From the NCBI RefSeq assembly GCF_009914755.1, contig NC_060948.1: 64,000 nucleotides of DNA; one strand, 5' to 3'. This DNA is from the human T2T-CHM13v2.0 reference genome, Homo sapiens. Below are positions 31,849 through 46,427 of this stretch, piece after piece. Under the pieces are notes generated by a model. That model made no database searches and was not told the origin of the DNA. It saw nothing but the letters and a program-made list of their open reading frames with translations. The translations under genes and the position numbers were made by a program. Position 1 is the stretch's first letter, and each line of letters begins with the position of its first letter.

Positions 31849-32149
31849 CAACTGTTTCTTATATACCAGCAATGAACTAGTGGAATTTGGAATTAAAAAC
31901 ACAATACTCTTTACATAACATTCCCAAAATAAAGTAGGTATAAATCTAGGAAATATATACAAGATCTATATGAGGAAAATGACAACAATAAAAAAAAATG
32001 ATGAAGATACCAAAGAAAAAATAGAGAAATATTCCTGGATGAGAAGACTCAATTCTAACAAGTTATTACACTTTGTAGATATAAACTGATATTAATGTTT
32101 ACAGGAAGAGATATATTTGTAGTACGTACTGCCTTAGAATATTGTACAA

Positions 32150-32555
32150 TTTTCTTTTCTGTCTTGCTCTGTCTTCGAGACTGAAGGGCAGCGATCAAAG
32201 TTAACTATAATCTCCAACTCCTGGGCTCAAACAATGTGCCCACTTCAGCCTACTGAATATCTAGGAGAGAGGTGTGCACCCCTACACCTGGCTAATTTTT
32301 GTACTTTTTGCTATGTCGCCCAGTCTGGTCTTGAACTTTTGGCCTCAAAGAATTCTCTCATCCTAGCCCCCAAAGTGCTGAGACTACAGAAATGAACCAC
32401 TGCATCTAGCTAAAAAAATTTTTTTCAAAACTTTTTGTAAAGACAGAGTCTTGCTATGTTACCCAAGCTGGTCTCATACTCCTGGCCTCAAGGGATCCTC
32501 TGACCTCAGCCTCTCAAAGCACTGGGATTACAGGTGTGAGCCACTAAGCCTGGCA
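32150..32555 (-). mobile_element. Diverged AluJ plus FLAM-like monomer
   Basis: Alu motifs. Confidence 0.8.
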
Positions 32556-32778
32556 ATTCTTCTGTGTCTCAATCTCTGTTCACATAGAGCTCTCCAGAAT
32601 AGATTTTTGTGAGCTATTTTAATTTCTCTAATAATGATTATTTCACCTTTGCCATTTCTTATGTTGTAGACACATGCAACTTCTTTTTCTTGAAGCAATT
32701 TTTGAAATGTTCTGTCTGCTTTTATTCACTGAGGGAAGAACATTAAGGCATACTTTCTAAAAGTTTCTTCATTATTAA

Positions 32779-33108
<330 letters not shown>

Positions 33109-33394
33109 CTATTTCATTTATATCCCATTCCAAGTATTTTCTTATAATATCTTTATGTTCAGTTATACTTAAATTCATAGAATAAGACTATGTCTAACAT
33201 AATATTCTTTTACATAAAAACTGGATCTGGCTTACCTCTGACAGAATTTTTGTGTCTGTCTATATGAATAAAATCTGTTTTTTTTGTACCAAAATTTAAT
33301 ACCAAAACTTTTGGTGCTAAAACTAATTCTAGTTTAGAATTAGTTTGGTGCTAAAACTAATTCTAAATTATGATTTACTTTAAGAAATAATGAA

Positions 33395-33722
33395 GGCTGG
33401 GAATGGTGGTTATTAATCCTGTAATCCCAGCACTTTGGGAGGCTGAGGTGGGCGGGCGGATCTATTTGAGGTTAGGAGTAGATCCTAACCAACGTCTGAC
33501 CAACATGGCAAAACCCTGTATCTACAAAAATACAAAACTTAGCCGGGGATGGTGGCACATGCCTGTAATCCCATGTGCCTGCAATCCCAGCTGTTCTGGA
33601 GGGTGAGGCAGGAGAACTGCTTGAATATGGGAGGAGGAGGTTGCAGTGAGCTAAGACTGCGCCACTGCCCTCCAACCTGGGTGACAGAGCAAGACTCCGT
33701 CAAAATAAACTAACAAACATAC
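33395..33722 (+). mobile_element. AluS with small internal duplications
   Basis: Alu motifs. Confidence 0.9.
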
Positions 33723-34219
33723 ATTTCATTCATGTTTAAAATGGCTTAAATGAAGAATTATTCACAGTAACATTATTTCTAATTTTCACAATTATTAATT
33801 AAACTGGTCAAAGTAGATCACTGACATACCATACAGCTCTACTTGTACTAATAGTAACTTACAAAACATAAGTTAAAAAAAAAACAACAAAAAAACTTCA
33901 GAGTCAGAGTATGCTCACAGGCTACATATAATTTGAATAAAGGAAAACAAAAACAAATTATACAAATACATGTGTGAATTTACCTAAACAAAAGAGTTTT
34001 GTACAATACTCAAATAACTATTAACACAGGTGGCTTTGGTAATAAATATAGTTAGAGGCAGAGGGAAGAAGAATTCACAGACCCTTTTTCTTTTCATTTT
34101 GTACAAACACATTCAAAATTATGCAGCATTATAGTAACAAAATGAATGTTAAAATATCACTAGTTTCTAAATCTGAAAGACTAGTCAGAAAAGGTTTTCC
34201 TTTTAAAATTTTTATATTA

Positions 34220-34530
<311 letters not shown>

Positions 34531-35039
34531 TTTAATTTCTATGAATAAGACTGGAGCAGCAACTTGCCCACTCAAGTTTTCTACTTCTGGGTAAAATTTC
34601 ATCATTTATGTTCTGCTAGGAAAAAGCTTCTAGATTTTCAAACTTGTTATATTTTTATACAATAGTTCTAAAATATCTTCTATTAACACATCTGTAACCC
34701 TGTAGCAAATTTCTCCAACACTACTTTTAACATTTTTCATTTTTTTCATCTGTGAGAAATATCCATTTGATCTTTTCAAGGATTCAACTTCTGGATTCAT
34801 TTAGGTAATTTCTAAATACAAAACTAAAATAAAGTAGGCTTAAGGAGATTTACTATGTTAAAAACATGTACAAATAACACCAAAAGAAGTAACAATAGAT
34901 GATGAAATGCTCCAGTTATCTTATCAAAATGAACAAAAAATATCCAAGAAGAAAACTAACATAGATGTTACTGCATGTTGCATGCAAATAGCATTTGTAG
35001 ATACTTATGTTATACATGTGTCTTTAAACATTTCACAAC

Positions 35040-37400
35040 ATGCATTATAGTAAAGGTCAAATAACATTCCATTGTGTATATATTTAGATACACCCTCCCC
35101 TGTTTTCTTCATCCATTCATCTTTCAATGGCCATGTAGTTTGTTTCTTGGCTACTGCAAATAATACTACAATTAGTATGAAGTGCAGACAGATGCTGATG
35201 TTGTTTCCTTTGGATATATACGAAGTGAATGGCTGGATTATATGGTAGCTCTATTTTTAATTTTTTAAGTAACCTTCATCTGTTTTCCATAATGGCTGTA
35301 CCAATTTATATCCCCCACCAGGACTGTATGGTTTGTTCTCTTTTCTCCACATCCTCAGTATCACTTTTAACTTTTTGATTAACATCCACTGATGTAGTTA
35401 GGCTTTGTGCCCCCACCCAAATCTCATCTTCAATTGTAATCTCCACAAATACCCACGTGTCAAGGGAGACCAGGTGCATGGGGGTGGTTTCCTCCATGCT
35501 GTTCTTGTGATAGTGAGTTCTCACAAGATCTAATGATTTTATTGGGCTCTTCCGTCTCTGCTTGACAATTCTCCTGCCGCCTTGTGAAGAAGTGCCTTGC
35601 TTTCCCTCACCTTCTGCCATGATTCTAAGTTTCCAGAGGCCTTCCAGCCATGTAGTACTGTGAGTCAATTAAACCTCTTTCTAAATTTCCCAGTCTTGGG
35701 TATGTCTTTATCAGCAGTATGAAAACTGACTAATAAAGCCATCCTAAGATATGAGGTGATATTTCATGATGGATTTGATTTGAAATTCCCTGATTAGTTC
35801 TACTAAGCAGTGTGTCATATACCTGTTGACCATTACTATACTTTCTTTGGAAAAATGTCTATCCAGGTCCTTTTGCCCACTTTTACTTGTAGGTTACTTT
35901 TTGGTTACTAAGTAATATGAGTTTTGGAGATATTTGGGGTATTAACCCTTATTGGAATTTATGGTTGGCAAGTACCATCTCCCAAACTCCCAGGATGCTT
36001 TTAACTTTGTTGATTGCTTTCTTTGCTGTATACAAGCTTTTCAGTTTGATGCAATCCACCTATTTTTGCTTTTATTACCTATGTCTTTAGTGCCACATCC
36101 AGAAAAATCACTGCTAAGATCAATGTCATGCAGCTTTCCCTGCTCTTTTCTTCTATTATGGTTTTAAGTCTTATGTTTATAAGTCCTCAATTCATTTTGA
36201 GTTGCTTTTTGTGTATGATGTAAGATAAAAATCTAATTCCATTTTTATATATGTGGATGTCCAGTTTTCCCCAAAAAAGACTATCCTTTTCCACTGTATT
36301 TTCTTGGATCCTTTGTCAAATACCAGCTGACCCTATCTATGTGGGGTTTTCTTCCAGGCTTTGTATAAAGTACCATTGTTCTATGTATTTTTTTACATAC
36401 CAGTCACTATCTTACCATTTTCATTACTGTCGCTTTGTAACGTACTCTGAAATTAGGAAGTGTAATGGCCCAGCCTTGTTTATCTTGTCCAAGATTCCTT
36501 TAGTTCTTCAGGGTGTCTTTTGATTCCACACAAATTTTACAATAGTTTTTTGTATTTCTGTGCAAATGCCATTGGAATTGTGAGACATCACTTAGTGTAG
36601 TATGCACATTATGATAAATACTGATTCTTCTAATCCATGAACGTGGAGAGACCTTGCTATTTATTTCTGTCATCTTCAGCTTCCTTCACGGATGTTTAAC
36701 ATATTTCAGGCTACAGATCTTTCCATTTCTTTTGGGGATGATTCATTATTAACACATACAAATACTATGATATCTGTATGTTAATTTTGTATCCTGAAGC
36801 TTTAATAAATTTGTTTTTTTTCTTTTTGGTTCTAATAATTTTTCCTGGAGGTGTTAATTAGGTTTTTTTTTCATCTATATGATCATGACTTCTGCAAACC
36901 AAGACTTCTTTTCCTTTTTCTTCCCAATAAGTATTTCTCTATCTCTTCATCATAACTAACTGCTCTGGCTAGGACTTCTAGTACTATGTGGAACAGGAGT
37001 ACTAAAAGTGAGCATCCTTGTCTTGCTCCTGATTTTAGTGAAAAAGCTTTCCATTATCCCCAATAGAGTATGATGTTAACTACAGATCTGTGATATATGG
37101 CCTTAATTATATTGAGATACATTCCTTATGTAATACATTGAGAATTTTTATCATGAGACAACATTGAGTTTTTGTCAAATGCTTTTAATCCAGCCACTGA
37201 GATAATCATATAATCATCTGTCTTTTATGTTTATGTAGTATATCACACTGATTAGTTTGCAATGTTTGCATGATCATTACATCCTATGGATAATTCCCTC
37301 TTGATCATAGTATGTTAGCCTTTCAATGTGTAACTGAATTTTATTTTTTAGTACTTTTATCTCGTTAGTATTTTTGCTGGTATTTTGTTAAGAACTTACA
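35040..37400 (-). mobile_element. L1M ORF2/3' fragment, interrupted by a THE1 LTR
   Basis: Antisense L1 motifs (gttttccataatggctgtaccaattt, ctggctaggacttctagtactatgt). Confidence 0.88.
35390..35737 (+). mobile_element. THE1 (MaLR) solo LTR
   Basis: cccacccaaatctcatctt...gtgagtcaattaaacctcttt...gactaata. Confidence 0.9.
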
Positions 37401-38115
37401 CTGATTTTAGCAATTAATGTAATCATCATAACAACACAGTAAGGGTAAACCTTATGTTTATCCAAAAAGCTACAAAGCCTATTTAACTGGCTACTGAAAG
37501 ATTAAGAAAAAGAAAAGCTCAGCAAATTTAAGAAAATGTAATTATCAGGTGACAGAAGATACTAAAAGTATATGAGAAAACGTAGTTGACAGTCTTTCAT
37601 TCACGGGTTAAAAATTAGGAAAACCAAAAGAACCTACATATGTACTCACACAATACTACATTTTATATTTCAGCCTACTTATGGAAGACAAATGCTTGTA
37701 ACAGAATTTTTTAAATGAGGAGGACATTCCTATATTAACAAGGTATCACTGAGATAAAGAATTCCACTGAATATGTCCACTAACATGAAGTTACCATATG
37801 AAAGCACACTACCCATTTTTCCACTTCTGAGAAGACTCTACTCAGTTTACATTTCATGTCCCCACTCTATTTTACTGACCACTACTACACAAACAGGTAT
37901 AGTCTAATTTTTAAAGATTCAAATATAAAAATTCTGTAACTTCAGTGATTACTCACTGAATAATTTTTTATATTTGTATCTTTAAAAATTACACTGTCAT
38001 TTAAAATTCATACATTTCTTTCCTTTGATACAAATTGAGATTATTTTAATATCTTCAACTGTACAAACAATACTAATAGGTAGAATGCATTTAAAATTAG
38101 TTCCTCCGTATCACG

Positions 38116-38484
38116 TGATATGTGTCCGCACCCAAATCTCACCTTGAATTGTAGTTCCCATAATCCCCATGTACCATGGGAGGGACCCAGTGGGAGATAT
38201 TAATAATTTAATAATGGGGGCAGTTACCCTCATGCTATTCTCATGATACTGAGTTCTCACAAGATCTGGTGGTTTTATACAGGACTTTTTCCCCACTGCT
38301 CACCATTTCTCCTTCCTGTCACCATGTAAAAGAAGGATGTGTTTGTTTCTCCTTCCACCATGACTGTAAGTTTCTTGAGGCCTCCCCAGCCATGCTGAAT
38401 TCTGAGTCAATTAAACCTCTTTCCTTCATAAATTACCTAGTTTTGCGGATGTCTTTATTAGCAGCATGAGAATAGACTAACACA
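38116..38484 (+). mobile_element. THE1C-like solo LTR
   Basis: TG...CA ends, THE1 motifs, TSD tcacg / tcagg (4 of 5 match). Confidence 0.9.
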
Positions 38485-38595
38485 TCAGGCATGTTTAATG
38501 TTAGAATCAAACACAGTTTCAAGATATTTTACTGTCAAGTATAATTTTCACCAGCTCTTCTCATTTATTGGGGTCATAAAAAATTATCTAACTGG

Positions 38596-38892
38596 GGCCA
38601 AGCACAGTGGCTCACACCTGTAATCCCAGCACTTTGTGAGGCTGAAGCGTGAGGATCACTTTGTCCCTGGTGTTTTGAGATCAGCTTTAAAAACACAGCA
38701 AGACCCTATCTGTAATAAAAATTAAAATAAACTGGCTTGGAATGCTAGCAGTCCTAGTTACTCCAGGGGCTGAAGAGGGAGGATGGCTTGAGCCCAGGAG
38801 TTCAAGGCTGCAGTAAACTAAAATTGTCCCCTTAATGCACTCCAGCTTGGGCAACAAGGGACACCTGGTCTCTTAAAAAATAAAATAATAAA
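38596..38892 (+). mobile_element. AluJ
   Basis: Diverged Alu motifs. Confidence 0.9.
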
Positions 38893-39039
38893 ATTACTTT
38901 TCCTATATCAAAAGACTAAGAAAATGTTTTTAAAAGAGCAACAACATAATACATGAAAAAAAGACATACCCAAAACGTGGAATGGCAGGTTATGAATTTT
39001 TATTCATGACACTCATGTAAAAAGATGGGCAATTCTTAA

Positions 39040-39170
39040 CCCATTTATGCCTAGTGTTCCACTATTGGAACGCTAAGCATGCGGGGGTTACTTATATCCT
39101 ATTGCTTAAGGTCATCGCCAAGGTACGACTGCAAAAATTCAAAAAATTGCAACCTCCAGCATAAATGGAT
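39040..39170 (+). mobile_element. MER85 piggyBac (PGBD3-derived) MITE
   Basis: TTAA-cccatttatgc...gcataaatgg..-TTAA; internal palindrome gttccactattggaac. Confidence 0.92.
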
Positions 39171-39564
39171 TTAAATGCATTTTGTAAAACAAAATCAATC
39201 CCTAGGTTATAATATCCCAACCTGAAGGTATATCAACTTTGATTCAATGAATCTCTAAGGCCACCGTGTGTACCTTGTGGAGCACAGGGAGAAGTGAAGT
39301 AGAGAAACAAACAGATAATTCTTAAAAACTTCCCATGAAGCTTGTCACAGATGAGTTAAAGAACCAGCCAGTTAAATGTTCTATATCTTACTACATCTCA
39401 TAGTAATATGAAAAATGGAAAATACCAGCATCTTTCCTGTCTTGGATAAAATTCTGCATCAAATCTACTTCTCTACATCACTATTTTCTACTTGTACTAG
39501 AAACATAAGGGTAGACCTAAAAAATTACATATGTGTGTAATAAGCTTCCCCCACCATGAAATTC

Positions 39565-39847
39565 TGTTTGTTTTTTTCTCCTTAAGACAGGGTCTCACTC
39601 TGCCGCAGAAGCTGGAGTGCAGTATCACACCACACTGCAGCCTCTGACTCTTCAAGCAGACTTTCAGTCTCAGCTCTGAAAGTAGCTGCAACTACAGGCA
39701 CATGCCACTACACTTGGCTAACTACTAATTGTAGAGACCAGTCTCACTATGCCCAGGCTGGTCTCAAACTCCTGGGCTAAAGAGGTATTCCTGCATCAGC
39801 CTCTCAAAATGCTGCAATTAAGACATGAGCCACCATGCCCAACATGG
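39565..39847 (-). mobile_element. AluJ
   Basis: Diverged Alu motifs. Confidence 0.88.
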
Positions 39848-40564
39848 TTATTAAATCTCTCTTTATTTCACAATTTAAATTCAAAATGTTCAGCTACTCA
39901 TAATATGAAAAAATGCTACCCATTTTTTTAAGTCTACCAACTCCACCACAAACTGTAAATCTGTATGTTACAGTTTAAATATTATAATAAAATCTGCTAT
40001 ACAAAGCAAAATATTTTTTTAAAAAGCTGAAATAACTTTAAAAACAAACAGCCTTGAACTAATGGTAACTATCATTTGAAATGGTATGATGCTTAAAAGA
40101 TACCTCAGTCTTAAAGAAAAACAGAAAACTTCAATAACAGTGACTTATTACAATCATTCATGAAAATTTTAAAAGAAAAGTAGACATTACATGCAGGGTT
40201 ACATGAAAGCTTCTAAATAAAGGTATAGAGGCAAATTACATTAAGTCAAAGCACTGCATACATAGCAAGTATTGTATTTAGGAAATAAAATACACAGTTT
40301 AAGGTAGTTACACAAACTGCTATATATATATATATTAAGTACAAATCTCAAATGCCTTCATTTGTCTTTAACAATTTGTTCACTAAAAATTTCAAACACA
40401 TTTAATGAGGAGTAGAATACAAAATACATGCAAGAGTATAATACCCACAACTCAAATCGTCTAATATATTTATTTCATTTAAAGCCTGATATTTTCAAGT
40501 ACATTTCATTTCATCTAAAGCATAGGTGACTGTTTCATTCTTGTTCTTAAGTTAAAACACTTAC

Positions 40565-40599
40565 CTGGGTTTCATACAAATGGGCAATATGAAATTGAA
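40565..40599 (-). CDS. UTY: UTY exon 8 (35 nt micro-exon), (I)QFHIAHLYETQ
   Basis: ttgcag acceptor, gtaagt donor; phase 1 to 0. Confidence 0.95.
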
Positions 40600-42067
40600 C
40601 TGCAATGGATCATGGGAAAAGATCAGTTACAATACAGTCTAATGTAATAAAGTAACAAAAAGTAGGGATAATATAAAATGTCAGACATACGCAAATGCTA
40701 AAACTATGGAACATACATTTGACTACGGGTGCAACTTCTGTTTTAAACAGAATGCAAAATTAACAAACAAAATGCAATTAAACCTAACAAAGATCATGCC
40801 AAGAAAAACAATCAATATAAAAGATTAAGTAATATTGTAACAAATTTATTAATAACTCTAATAATCATTAAAATCTGCAATAGGTAAGTATATGTCATAA
40901 AAAGTTCTTAATCAGAGTATTAAGGAAACACAAGCATTTAAGTTTACATATCTTGACAAATGGTATTCAAAATTTTACGTTAAAAACATAATATTTACTC
41001 TGTAATCAAGGAATGTTTTTCAGTGTGTATGCTTTTTCTTTATAGTCAATCTTTTATTAACAACTTTTTTTAAGTTATAGATCAAATACTAGTAACAATT
41101 TGATGTTTCATTCTTCAGAAATAGATCACTGTGGTCAAGAACAAACACAAATGGTCAAACTACCTGAAGAGCAAGACTTCAAAATAATTTATTTGAAGAT
41201 TCAAATAAGGCAGAATATTTGGCTTCTTTTTGCAGCCCTTCTTGATGCCCAATTCCCCATCATCAGAGCACACAACAAAATCACAACGGATAATTACAAG
41301 TCCAACTATTTGTATTTTATAGTTTTTATTCATCCATGATAAACACCTTTTCTTGTTTTGTTTTAGGATATATTTTTTAAAACTTTCAAAATTATAAACA
41401 GAATACTTATATTTTTAAAGAAAAGTCCCATAGCAATCATGAAATTCTGACATCCCTTTGTCTCTCCTCCCTTCCGAATCTTCCCTCCTTGCTTCTCCTC
41501 ACTCATTTCTCTCAATGTCCTAAACATAAATTATACCTGGGAGGGTTGATACAATTACCAAATCCTAGCTAAACTCTTTCAGATTTTGGTTTAGTGAACC
41601 TCTGTAAATGTCTGGAAAGCAGCCCCTTTAATATGCTCCACAGCTTTCCAGTAAGTTCCCCCATATCTAACATTGGAGAATAATGCATTAGATAACCATA
41701 AATTCCTTTCCATAAGAGAAAAATTACTCCAAAATTTTGTAATTAACTAAAATCAAACAAACTTTCTGAAACTAAGTTATTGCTTTATAAAAATAGACAA
41801 ATAGAAAAAGTTAAGTAATGAGCCATAAAGTAAAAGAAAAATCTTTTTGTGTGATTTCAAGATAATAACCTCTCCCTCAAAAAAACAAAAGCAACAAAAG
41901 AAAAAAGTCATATATATGTACACACACCCACAGGTTGAGAGGTTTTCTTCATCTTCCCTCCCCTTTTCAAACAGAGTTTTCCTTACCACATAACATCTAG
42001 TGAATCAAAATCTCACATCTCTGAATTGCTGGAAAGAAACTGGATGACAGATTAAGAAGGAAAAAGT

Positions 42068-42362
42068 ACCAGTGCAGTGGCTTGTGACTGTAGTCCTAGT
42101 GCTTTGGGAGGCCCTGAGCCTAGGAGTTCAAGAACAGCCTGAACAACATGGCAAAACCCCATCTCCACAAAAAATACAAAAAATAAAAATAAAAATATTA
42201 GCCAGGCATTGCATGCGCCTTAAAGTTCCAGCTACTTGGGAGGCTAAAATAGGAGGATCACTTGAGCCTGGGAGATAAAGGCTTCAGTGAGCCATGGTTG
42301 CACCAAATGCACTCAGCCTGGTGAACAAAGTGAGACCCTGTCTCAAAAGATAAAACAAAATT

Positions 42363-42398
<36 letters not shown>
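42068..42398 (+). mobile_element. AluJ with (CA)n tail
   Basis: Alu motifs plus CA repeat at ~42366-42398. Confidence 0.9.
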
Positions 42399-42399
<1 letters not shown>

Positions 42400-42607
42400 C
42401 AAAGAGAAAACCAAAAACTATGTCCCATATCCCCCATATCTGTACCCACCAAATACAGATAATAGAAAAGATTAGTGCTAACTGGCATCCTAATACTATC
42501 TGAACTTAAAATGCAAATTTAGGCTGGAGTCCCAGGCTCTGACCTCACCATCCCATAAAATACAACATCATCTTTTGTGGGATAAAAATCTCTACCTTTC
42601 ATCCTTC

Positions 42608-42917
42608 TGTTTTTTTTTTTTTTTTTTTTTTTTTAAGACAGTGTCTTGCTTTGTCACCCTGGCATGTAGTGGCACAAACTCGCCTCACTGCAATGTCCGC
42701 CTCCCGGGTTCAGGCAATTCTCCTGCCTCAGCCTCCTGAGTAGCTGGGATTTCAATCAAGTGTGCACCACTGCACCTGACTAATTTTTGTATTTTTAGTA
42801 GAGATGGGGTTTTCACCATGTTGGCCAGGCTGGTCTCAAACTACTGACCTTAGGTGATCAACCCACCTCGGCCTCCCAAAGTGTTGGGATTACAGGTGTG
42901 AGCCACTGCTCCCAGCC
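42608..42917 (-). mobile_element. AluSx-like element
   Basis: Alu motifs, long poly(T). Confidence 0.93.
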
Positions 42918-43623
42918 CATGTTTCATTCTTATCTATACATTAAAAGGGAGTGTAATTATATAACTAGGTATACTCAGTATGGCAATATTCAATTATAGA
43001 CTCAAATAGGTAAAAAATTGACATAAAAGGTCTTTAATATTCTAACATTTTTATCACAAAGGAAAATCACATAATTTAAAGTTTCATATTCTTTTTAAAC
43101 ATGTTTTTTTCCCAAAATATTAACTGTAGTCATTCATCTGAAAGAGTTCAAAAAACAGTATTTATTTTTTAAACTACACATTTTTAACTTATTCAGGTTT
43201 TGTTTAAAATTGGCTTTGAAAACTTTTGATTTTTGCAACATCACCAAGTACACAAAAAAGTTTCAAAAAATAGTCAAGCTTACGGTATGTGCAAATCCTA
43301 AAATATTAAAAGGTGAAGTAATTCATTAATATGAAAACATAGACACCATAAAGGGAGAAAAACTACTAAAGTAGGTAATCACTATTTGTTAGTGCTCTGT
43401 GACATACCAATCATTTCTACAGTTATCAAATAATAATACTGACTGTCTTTGAGCAAGAAAAATAGTACCCAAATCAACTCAACTCCAGTGATTTAAACTC
43501 TCTGAATCAGGCACATGCCTTCTCACTTCTCTTCTCAAGAATGAACAGAAACAAAGGTATCAGTAGAAAAAAAGGTATCATTAATATTCTTTACTCAAAA
43601 GTATTTCATTTAAAAATACTTAC

Positions 43624-43678
43624 TTTCAGCATTGGACAAAGTACATGGATTACAGTCAATCAAGGCTAACTGAAAATG
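43624..43678 (-). CDS. UTY: UTY exon 7 (55 nt), [18 protein letters not shown](I)
   Basis: ttgcag acceptor, gtaagt donor; phase 0 to 1. Confidence 0.96.
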
Positions 43679-45039
43679 CTGCAAGAGAAAAGTAAAAATA
43701 TTAATGCACTAAATTAAGAGTGCATAAAAGTACATTTTCTATTTTAGCCTTTCAATGTCTATCATAAAATAACAAAGCTATGCTATACACCAATGCACTA
43801 CACTCGACCAAATAAAATTACTGTAATTCCAAATTTATTTTGAAAATGTAAGTGCTAATCAAGTTATTTCCCTGAGATAGTTAAGAATGGAGGCTGTATG
43901 GAAGAATTTACTATATTTATATTTTTGTTTTATTAAAAAACTTCAGATATTTGAGTCTTCCAGTAAACAAAATATTAAGGTATAAAATTAGACATGCACT
44001 TCATTATTTTAAAATCTGGAAAATACAATTATATTTTCAGAACATTATAGCTTATCTTGAGACTTGAACTTTAGAAAGTAACTTAGATAATATGAGAATT
44101 AACATAAAGAATAAAACATACCTGGTTTTAATGGTTCTTCAATGTCACTGTACTTCAGAACATTTAAAACCTGTATGTACAACCTACTTATACACATCAA
44201 GTAACCTATTTTCAAATTCACATGTGAAATGTAGTTGTTCTTTGCTGATAAATTTTTTTTTCATTTATTGACAAAAGAAGAAATTGGACCTCAAGCACTG
44301 AAAGCGGTGCTTTTAAACATATTTAAAACAGGGTGCTAAACATTTTAAATGTATGTAAATTGTGTGTATAAAATATATAATCATTCATGAAATATTAAAA
44401 CACTTATATTTCTACTCTAAATATATCATATAAGCCTATGCAGAATGCAAACCAACTTCTAATTCACTGTCTACCGATAGAATAACTGTTAAAATCATAC
44501 AGTAACATTTGATGTTTATCGTCTATGAACTACTTAACTAAAGATAATAGGTCCTAAAACTCTTTTAAATAAAAAATGCATACATCTCTTTCAAACATTC
44601 TACAAACTATTCCCATAAATATTCAATTTTCAGAGCCTCCACTACCTTTCAAAAATAATCAACCATGATACCAACAAAGAACAAGTTACTTTAAAAGTAA
44701 ACTACAAAAAGATCATCATCTACAATGAAAGTATTAAAACTGTACTAAAAATACTAATATTTAATGTTTAAAATGACACTATACATAGAACATAAGTTCT
44801 TTGTAAAAATAAATTATATTCAACAACCTTTAAAAACTAAGTTTCAGGGGAAAAATCAATGTGGGAATCACTGAGAACCTAAATATGCCTAGTCAGGTTG
44901 AGAACTGCCAATTAACAAAGAACAAAATTAATGTTTGCTACATGATACTACAATCAAAGAATGATCACAAATAGCATCATGAGAGTGAACACTTTAGCTA
45001 GTAGACATAGGCTTGGCATCTGTGTTATAATATTTAAGT

Positions 45040-46250
45040 TGGGCTTTTCAGCAAATGGTGTTTGAAAAACTAAGTATCTGTATGAAAGTAAAGTTGGGCC
45101 TGTTACGTCATATGCAAAAGTTAGCTTAAAATGGATCAGAGACGTAAACTTAAGGGCTAAAACTATTAAAGTCTTAGAACAATAAGCAGGAAAAACCTTT
45201 AAGACATTGAATTTGGCAGTGATTTCTTGGACATGACGCCAGACGACACAGGTAACAAAAAAACAGATTTACTTAGCTTCACCAAAATTAAAAACTTTTG
45301 TACATGAATGAACCACAATCAAGATACTGCAAAGAAAAAAAACTTGTAAATTATAAACTTAACAAGGACTTAAAATATAGAATATAAAATATGTTACAAA
45401 AAGACCCAAAAATTTAAAATAGGCAAAGGACTTGAACAGTCATCTCCAATAATATGAATGGCCAATAAATACATGAAAAGATGCTCAAAATTATTAGCTA
45501 TTAAGAGAAATACAACTCAAAACCACAATGTGGTATCACTTCACTCCCATTAGGACAGGTACTATGAAGCAAACAAACACAAATGAAAAAGATTTTTTTC
45601 TTTTTCTTTTTTTTCATTTATTGGCAAAGTGGTGAAGAAATTGGACCTCGAGCACTGAAAACAGGGACTCAATCTCTGTGTACACCAATGTTCAAGGTAG
45701 CATTACTACAGGAGCCAAAATGGAATAACACAAATGTTCACCACAGATTAAAGGATTAAGAAAATGTGGTTTAACTACAGAATAGAATATTATTCAGCCA
45801 TATTCATCCCAAAGGAATGGGAAGCTTCTGCCAGGGAGTTTGAGGCTGCAGTGAGCTCAGATCACACCACTGTTCTCCAGCTTTGGTGACAGAGTGAGAC
45901 CCTGTCTCAAAAAAATACAGAAAATAAAAAGGAATTCTGAAACACGTCACAACATTGATGAATACCTGAAATATGCCAAGTGAAATAAGCCAGATAAAGA
46001 ACGACAAATATTGTACAAGTCCATTTATATAAGATATGCAGACTTCTACTGAGAGCCAGAAAGTAGAATAAAGGAACTCCCGGGTACTTGCAGGAAAAGA
46101 GAATGGCAAAGTATTGATTTATGGGTAAAAAATTTTTGTATGGGATAATGTAAAGTTCTGAAAACAAAGAGTGGTAATGGTTAAACTGCATTGTAATTAA
46201 TGCCACTGAAATGTATACTAAAATGGCTACTTTATGTATATCTTCCCATA
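45040..46250 (+). mobile_element. L1MB-like 3' end with an Alu fragment at ~45830-45920
   Basis: L1 ORF2 C-terminal and 3'UTR motifs. Confidence 0.85.
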
Positions 46251-46427
46251 ATAGCAACCAAATGAAGACAAAACCTAAAAATATCAAGGCTTCATTTAAC
46301 TTATGAAGTTACTATTTAACTTCGTTTACTGCTTGAAACACATTCTGAAATTGGTAAATTACTCATAATACAAAAAGGCTTTTAATTATAAATACTTCAT
46401 CAATCACTAATGAGAGACAATAACGCA

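Noticed and set aside
41100-41339. Non-repeat ORF and a possible minus-strand donor (cag/gtagtt, ~41160), considered as a cryptic UTY exon
   Set aside because: I found no convincing matching acceptor or homology; it cannot be supported without RNA data.
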